Positions 7,185 to 12,692 of a stretch of DNA of 12,692 bases are shown in pieces. Numbering within the stretch: position 1 is the stretch's first letter; each line of letters begins with the position of its first letter. Under the pieces are notes generated by a model. It did not search any database. It had not been told where the DNA came from and saw nothing but the letters and a program-made list of their open reading frames with translations. The position numbers were made by a program, and so were the translations under genes. Origin of the DNA: Candidatus Thorarchaeota archaeon (GTDB lineage: Archaea > Asgardarchaeota > Thorarchaeia > Thorarchaeales > Thorarchaeaceae); assembly GCA_048884785.1 (NCBI GenBank), contig JBHLQM010000076.1, positions 1 through 12,692 of the forward strand, in the 5' to 3' direction.

Positions 7185-9344
7185 CTATTTCCTCCTTCTT
7201 CTTATGAAAAGGAGGATGAAGATTGCAATAGCTGCAACTCCTGAAACCTCTACTGCAAGAGCTAGGGCAGGATCGATTCCATGTATAGTCGGTTCAGTCG
7301 TTCTTGTATAATATCCACTGGCAATTAGAGCTCCGTTCCGCCATATATCTTCAGCATATATCTTCCATGAAACAGTCGTAGCAGTTACACGAGATGGTAT
7401 CGTTGCTTCAAAACCAGTTGCGTCGGATACCATCAACTGAGACTCTGTAAAGTTGATGTTTCCAATTTGATATGTGTAGAATATGGTGACATTGTTTACT
7501 CTGCTTCTATCATCGACAAAAACGCGAAACACCACGCTCTCCGCGGGAATAGGATTCTCGGGTACTATGACCAGAGAACGTAGGGTTGGCGGCTCGATGT
7601 CTATCTCAGGATAGTAGTTGTCATTAGCAGTGAGAACAAGCTCTACTCCTGGAGTGAATCCTGATACCTCATATGGGCCAGAGCCAATAATCTGGTCGGG
7701 TGTTGGATTCCAAGTAAATGGATCTAGATCTTTCCATATATGTTCCGCGAGAATTGGAAGACGGCCAAATCTCCTATAGAGAAACATATCTTTATTCTCA
7801 TAGTCAACTCCAGCAATATAATCACCCGTGACTTTTACGCTGTCAATAAGATATCCAGCTGGAATGAGAGACCTGTTCTTGTATAGATTGAAAGTGAATC
7901 TGTAGTCCTGAGCATCAATTTGCTCTCCATCTGTCCAGTTCGCATTGGGATCACAATAGAAGGAAACTCTGGATTGGTTACTAGTGAGGTCTGGTACAAT
8001 GCCTAGGAACTGCATTTCCCATGAAGTTGCATGTCGTGGAACTGGTCTGCCATCAGGTGCCGTGGCGATCGGAGTATCATACACCAGCAAATACGGATTA
8101 AAGACATCGCCTTCTAGCCACTCTTGGTCTAATGTGTTGTTTCCAAAGAATGGATTAAGGGAGTTGTTCATGAAAACATCAAAGAACCGTGGCAAGACTG
8201 CAACAACTAGCTCATTGCTGCTTCCAGTCTTGGCGCTTACCGAAACTGGGTTCCACAGACTCAGGGCACCTCGTTGGTGGTCTTCTACCCAGCTGTCAAA
8301 ATTTGAATCAGTATATACTGAGAGCCATCTGTATGTGAATAGAGGAATGACTGGACACAAGTCTCTGACAAGTAACATAGCTTCTCTCCCAATCATTTCA
8401 GCTTCTATCAAATCAACTTGATCCAGGTACTCTTCAGCAATGTTATTCAAATCCTGATTATAGATGTTCGCGATATTTTGACCAGGTATTGACATTCTGA
8501 TGCTGTGAAAAGTAGTAGCTACCCAATCATATCCATATTGACTTAGTGTCTGCCTATACAGCGCAAGACCATATGCCTGATTATGATTGGACACTTCTGA
8601 TTGAATGTCCGATGAGTACATTGGAACAAGCGTGTTGTTAATTCCTACATCAAGAAGATTACTTGAGATAATTGATGCTGTTTCATTAAGTCCAGTTATG
8701 TCTGTAGGGTACCAGATTGGAAGTACTACTTCGCTTCCATCAGGACCTTCTACTACACCATCTTCATCAACATCAAGCATTCCGGCTTTGGCAAGCTCTT
8801 TGATTGCTTCAGGAGCATTCGAATTATAGTAAATGCCACCTTCTGTATCTTCTATAGAGTACTCACTATACAGCGGAACTGCAAAATCCAAACTATCTAC
8901 AAATCCGCCCATGGCACTCTTTTCTATATCAGTCTTGTTTATGGCATATGCTATGGCTCTTCTCAGGTATTGGTTGTTCAGGGGGTAAAATTTTGCATTG
9001 GCACTCAACAAGTATGCTTGATTGCTATATGCCCAAGACTCCTGAATATTGCTGTAGCTTGAAACAACTGAATAATCAGACTCATTGATTCTATGTCCAA
9101 AAATGTCTGCTTCTCCAGTGTCTAATGCATTCAATGCCTGAGTAAGGGTGTCGTATTCAACTATTCTTATTGCTTCAACTGTCCCTCCATGAAAAACCTG
9201 GTATTCATTAGCCTGAGCAATAATTGATTCTGATTGTGAGCTCGGTGTGTCAATCGCTATGCTTTGGGGCTGAAGAACGAAAGAAGAAGCTAGTAACGTG
9301 AGAAATATTAGTGAAAGAACAGAACGCGAATTCGACAGGGACAT
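7185..9344 (-). CDS. Family 5 (OppA/DppA-like) ABC solute-binding protein, circularly permuted, with Ig-like domain and C-terminal TM anchor
   Basis: Motifs LRRAIAYAINK, LAKAGMLDVDEDG, PVIPLF, SLNPF, LVYD..DGRPVP.ATSWE, WTDGEQIDAQDYRFTF, IGSGPY..ANDNYY. Signal peptide at the N-terminus; TM plus RRRRK at the C-terminus. Confidence 0.88.
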   Translation of the reverse strand: MSLSNSRSVLSLIFLTLLASSFVLQPQSIAIDTPSSQSESIIAQANEYQVFHGGTVEAIRIVEYDTLTQALNALDTGEADIFGHRINESDYSVVSSYSNIQESWAYSNQAYLLSANAKFYPLNNQYLRRAIAYAINKTDIEKSAMGGFVDSLDFAVPLYSEYSIEDTEGGIYYNSNAPEAIKELAKAGMLDVDEDGVVEGPDGSEVVLPIWYPTDITGLNETASIISSNLLDVGINNTLVPMYSSDIQSEVSNHNQAYGLALYRQTLSQYGYDWVATTFHSIRMSIPGQNIANIYNQDLNNIAEEYLDQVDLIEAEMIGREAMLLVRDLCPVIPLFTYRWLSVYTDSNFDSWVEDHQRGALSLWNPVSVSAKTGSSNELVVAVLPRFFDVFMNNSLNPFFGNNTLDQEWLEGDVFNPYLLVYDTPIATAPDGRPVPRHATSWEMQFLGIVPDLTSNQSRVSFYCDPNANWTDGEQIDAQDYRFTFNLYKNRSLIPAGYLIDSVKVTGDYIAGVDYENKDMFLYRRFGRLPILAEHIWKDLDPFTWNPTPDQIIGSGPYEVSGFTPGVELVLTANDNYYPEIDIEPPTLRSLVIVPENPIPAESVVFRVFVDDRSRVNNVTIFYTYQIGNINFTESQLMVSDATGFEATIPSRVTATTVSWKIYAEDIWRNGALIASGYYTRTTEPTIHGIDPALALAVEVSGVAAIAIFILLFIRRRRK

Positions 9345-9400
9345 TGCACCAATAGGCTCCAGAATTTATTATGCGTATGATTAACTTGGAAGCCCTTCTA

Positions 9401-9433
9401 ACAACAAAATAAGGCTATGGGAATGCGCCATAG
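9401..9433 (-). terminator. Putative terminator of the YyaL-like gene
   Basis: The minus strand reads CTATGG-CGCATTC-CCATAG followed by CCTTATTTTGTTGT, just after the stop at 9438. Confidence 0.5.
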
Positions 9434-9437
9434 GAGG

Positions 9438-11522
9438 CTAAGAAATGGTCAATTGGCCAAGCATTTTTTCTATTTCGGTTGTAGGTAACTTACAATTCTG
9501 CTCCACACAAACATGCGCCGTTGCTTTTCCTTTGATTGGTTCATGGTATTTCGTGTATGGGGCTAGCTTTGCCAAAGCTTCTTTTTGTTTGGCTGTTCCT
9601 CTAAGAAGAATAGTCATGTTTGGCATATAGCTTTTTGCCAAAGATGCGATCATCTCCTGTGTATCATTTAGCTGGGGGTCTCCTGCAATAACCACTTCAT
9701 ATGTTGGTCCAATAGCGAAATCCACTGCGGCAAGAAGCATAGAAAAGCCACCAATGCTTCTCTCAACCGTTTCTGAAAATCTCGATCCAATTTTCTCTGC
9801 GATACTCTCAAAGTCTGAATCTCCCAGCATTCTACCAAGTCTAACAAAGTTGAATAATGCAACGGAATTGCCGGATGGAATTGCTCCGTCATATGCTTCG
9901 ATTTGTTTGTAAAGCAGTTCCTCAGAATCGGACGATGAAAAATTAAAAGCACCATCAACTGAGCTCCAAAATTTCTCAAGCATTATGTTGCTCATTCGAA
10001 GGGCATGTTCGATGTATTCCGTTTTGAAGGAAGCGAAATACAGCTCAATTAATCCCCAGATGAGAAATGCATAGTCGTCCAAGAAACCATTGATAGCAGC
10101 ATCTCCATCCCTATATCGATGAAGAAGATATCCATTCGAATCTGTCATAGTTTGCAGAAGAAATTCAACAGCATTTTCGGCTAATCCCAAGTATTCTTCA
10201 CTGTTAAAAGCGATAGAGGCTTTTGATAGCGCTGCAATCATCAATCCATTCCAATCTGTGAGAATCTTATCGTCAAGATGAGGTCTGACTCTCGCTTGCC
10301 TCCTTTCCAGCAAATTGACTCTGGCCTCATTGATCAAGTGGTGTATTTCCTTGCATTCAATTCCAATATTGCTTGCTACTCTCTCCAATGGTTGGAGAAG
10401 ATGAGGTATGTTCTTGCCAGTGAATTCTCTAGTTGCCTCATCCATATAGTTCCCCTCAGGCCGAATGTTGAACGCTTTGGAAAAGATCTTGGCTTGGTTT
10501 TCTGGAAGTGCTTCCGTGATTTCTTGGTGTGTCCATAAATAGAACTTGCCTTCTTCTCCCTCACTGTCGGCATCTTCCGCCGAGTAGAAAGCTCCTTCTG
10601 GACTCAACATGTCTCTCTTAAGGTAGGCAACTATCTCTTGAACAACTTGAGCATATTCTGTTTTTCCAGTGGCTTGATATGCTTCGGTATAAGCAAGAAT
10701 CAACATTGCCTGGTCATAGAGCATTTTTTCAAAATGCGGCAATAGCCATTCAGAATCTGTTGAGTACCGATGAAATCCGAATCCAATCTGATCATATATG
10801 CCTCCTAAACGCATCTCACTTAGTGTCTTTTCAACCATGTGCAGCGCCCATTTGTCTCCCGTTCTTTTCCAGTATCGAAGAAGAAAGAGAATATTGTGTG
10901 GAGATGGGAATTTTGGAGCTCTACCAAATCCCCCCTTTCGCTCATCAAATCTCTTTGAAAACGATTCAAAGGCATTCTCAATATCATCCAAACTCAATGA
11001 TCGACCAGAGGAAGGAGTTGGAGAAGAACTCAGAGCTTCTTTCACTTGCGTGATAACTTCCAATATATTCTCGCGGTCCTTGGTCCAAAGTTCACGGATT
11101 CTAGGTATAAGTTCCATAAGACCTGGTCTATTATACCGCATCTGTTTTGGTATGTATGTATCAGCATAGAATGGCTCTTTTTCCGGCGTCATTATGATGG
11201 TGAGAGGCCATCCACCTCTTCCAGTCATCATTTGTGCCACTTCCATGTAGGTTTTGTCAATATCAGGTCTTTCTTCTCTGTCCACTTTGATATTAACAAA
11301 AGTATCATTCATCAGAGCAGCAACTTCATCATCCTCAAATGACTCATGCGCCATCACATGACACCAATGGCATGTTGAGTAGCCAATTGATAGAAAGATT
11401 GGTTTATTCTCATTCTTGGCTTTTTCAAAGGCTTCTTCTCCCCATGGATACCAGTCTACAGGATTGTTAACATGCTGCAAAAGGTATGGGCTTTTCTCAT
11501 TCTCCAGATGGTTGGACACCAT
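9438..11522 (-). CDS. yyaL: Thioredoxin domain-containing protein, YyaL/SSP411/SPATA20 family
   Basis: [103 protein letters not shown]. Start is ATG 11522 or TTG 11543. Confidence 0.93.
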   Translation of the reverse strand: MVSNHLENEKSPYLLQHVNNPVDWYPWGEEAFEKAKNENKPIFLSIGYSTCHWCHVMAHESFEDDEVAALMNDTFVNIKVDREERPDIDKTYMEVAQMMTGRGGWPLTIIMTPEKEPFYADTYIPKQMRYNRPGLMELIPRIRELWTKDRENILEVITQVKEALSSSPTPSSGRSLSLDDIENAFESFSKRFDERKGGFGRAPKFPSPHNILFLLRYWKRTGDKWALHMVEKTLSEMRLGGIYDQIGFGFHRYSTDSEWLLPHFEKMLYDQAMLILAYTEAYQATGKTEYAQVVQEIVAYLKRDMLSPEGAFYSAEDADSEGEEGKFYLWTHQEITEALPENQAKIFSKAFNIRPEGNYMDEATREFTGKNIPHLLQPLERVASNIGIECKEIHHLINEARVNLLERRQARVRPHLDDKILTDWNGLMIAALSKASIAFNSEEYLGLAENAVEFLLQTMTDSNGYLLHRYRDGDAAINGFLDDYAFLIWGLIELYFASFKTEYIEHALRMSNIMLEKFWSSVDGAFNFSSSDSEELLYKQIEAYDGAIPSGNSVALFNFVRLGRMLGDSDFESIAEKIGSRFSETVERSIGGFSMLLAAVDFAIGPTYEVVIAGDPQLNDTQEMIASLAKSYMPNMTILLRGTAKQKEALAKLAPYTKYHEPIKGKATAHVCVEQNCKLPTTEIEKMLGQLTIS

Positions 11523-11639
11523 TTTCTTGCTTTTTTTAGCCAATTCTCTTCCCTTCGCCGGAATCATTAACAATAGTGAACGAATAAGTGTTTGCGTTGC
11601 TACCAACTCCTATTAATGATTGAGTCAATATTATACCGG

Positions 11640-12311
11640 GTGTCTGAACTGTCTAAAGAACGAACACTTACTGAAAGATTGAGAACACTCTTCTTTGGTT
11701 CTATTGGACATATAGTGATTCTTCTACAGAGTACACCTTTCATATGGGCTGGCTTAATGACATTCCCTCTCATTGGAGTATTGATTGTGCTGTTTGGAGG
11801 AGGGCTAACTCCAGATATCTCTGCATGGATTCTTTCCCTTTTTGCTAGTCCTACAGTATCAACTATCATCTTTGATTTAGGATTGATTTTGTGGATCTAT
11901 TCTGTATTCTTCTTGTACTGGAAGAAGCGTGGTGGCCTGGTTACTTCTGGCATATACAAATACGTCAGACATCCGCAGTATCTTGGAGTGATTCTGTTCA
12001 CATCAACATTGACTGCTAGCAGCTGGTGGATACTTGCCCATACTCGTGGTATAAGCTACATTTCAAAAGAAGAAACAATCCTGGTATGGTTTGTCATGGT
12101 ACTTGGATATGTTGGATTGGCCTTTGCTGAGGAGTACTATCTTGTGAAAGAACGGGGTGACGAGTACTACTCCTATCAGAACCAGACAGCGCTGATTGTT
12201 CCTTTTGCGAAGACGAAACACAGAGTACTTGACACAGTAGTTGTTCTCATATTCTCTGGAGTACTGCTACTTGTTCAAGTGATGACACTGACTCCCTCGG
12301 TTTTTATATAG
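11640..12311 (+). CDS. Isoprenylcysteine carboxyl methyltransferase / PEMT family membrane protein
   Basis: LVTSGIYKYVRHPQYLG and EE..L....G.EY..Y......IVP motifs, with multiple TM helices. Start uncertain (ATG 11616 or GTG 11640). Confidence 0.82.
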   Translation: MSELSKERTLTERLRTLFFGSIGHIVILLQSTPFIWAGLMTFPLIGVLIVLFGGGLTPDISAWILSLFASPTVSTIIFDLGLILWIYSVFFLYWKKRGGLVTSGIYKYVRHPQYLGVILFTSTLTASSWWILAHTRGISYISKEETILVWFVMVLGYVGLAFAEEYYLVKERGDEYYSYQNQTALIVPFAKTKHRVLDTVVVLIFSGVLLLVQVMTLTPSVFI

Positions 12312-12320
12312 CATCCACCT

Positions 12321-12692
12321 CTATGTCCGAGTTGGAATGAACCTGTCACCATCCATTCTAATTAGCTCCTTTTCAAGAAGTGATGTAATATGGTGCTCAA
12401 TCATCCATGCCTCAAACTGAAGATACACAAGGTCCGACAGTGACCTGTAAATGATAGGATTCATTGTGATTTCATTAACAGTTCCAGCGCCTCCAGAGAT
12501 TGCCATCAATACGAAGTCTTCGCGCATATCGATCTGAAGTTCATAGGATTTCAAGGCTTTCTTGTAGTCTTCAACAAGTGGTTTGAAGAGATGTCCACTG
12601 ATCAGACCTTTGAACTCCATATTCCTTAGCAGCCCTATTGACTCTCTAAACTGTGGGATTGAAGAATCTGGATGTCCATAATATGGGCCAAA
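12321..12692 (-). CDS. MBL-fold metallo-hydrolase, C-terminal part (5' truncated by window)
   Basis: The frame is open to the window edge: FGPYYGHPDSSIPQFRESIGLLRNMEFKGLISGH (terminal metal-ligand His), followed by a wHTH-like tail HITSLLEKELIRMDGDRF. Confidence 0.75.
   Translation of the reverse strand, partial: FGPYYGHPDSSIPQFRESIGLLRNMEFKGLISGHLFKPLVEDYKKALKSYELQIDMREDFVLMAISGGAGTVNEITMNPIIYRSLSDLVYLQFEAWMIEHHITSLLEKELIRMDGDRFIPTRT

Noticed and set aside
11523-11639. Apparent overlap of the YyaL (11606) and ICMT (11592) starts
   Set aside because: This is an artefact of longest-ORF calling. Family homology begins at MVSNHL (11522), leaving an AT-rich divergent promoter region.
3802-11869. 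Remaining short ORFs nested in the DUF3160, peptidase, SBP, YyaL and ICMT genes (e.g. 7984-8421, 10679-11053, 10798-11169, 11600-11869)
   Set aside because: They overlap longer genes that carry clear family motifs and have no independent evidence.
332-12311. Whole window as a RiPP cluster (radical SAM, GNATs, C39-like peptidase, methyltransferase, small peptide)
   Set aside because: Genes alternate strands with separate promoter-like signals. The peptidase is predicted extracellular, there is no exporter, and the small ORF looks like a membrane protein rather than a leader-core precursor.
1-12692. CRISPR array, tRNA/rRNA, IS element, integrase or defence genes
   Set aside because: By eye I found no periodic repeats, RNA-gene signatures, terminal inverted repeats or transposase/nuclease motifs, and the intergenic gaps are short. 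A covariance-model search was not run.

Overview
A gene-dense archaeal chromosomal window with no mobile element, CRISPR array or RNA gene visible. Archaeal origin is inferred from TATA-like promoters, GGAG/GGTG ribosome-binding sites, an AF0577-type radical SAM gene, and C-terminally anchored surface proteins rich in N-glycosylation sequons. The gene content resembles Asgard/Thorarchaeota, but that is inference only. In order, the window holds: the 3' end of an unknown gene; an unannotated 48-aa tail-anchored protein; two divergent GNAT acetyltransferases, one apparently starting at ATT; a radical SAM/SPASM enzyme; a membrane-tethered winged-helix regulator divergent from a DUF3160 protein and a surface-anchored C39/BtrH-like cysteine peptidase; a convergent, circularly permuted family-5 solute-binding protein; a YyaL/SPATA20 protein; an ICMT/PEMT-family methyltransferase; and the 3' end of an MBL-fold hydrolase. 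The best candidate for an undescribed system is the cell-surface block at 2794-9344 (regulator, candidate operator, DUF3160, peptidase, orphan permuted binding protein).
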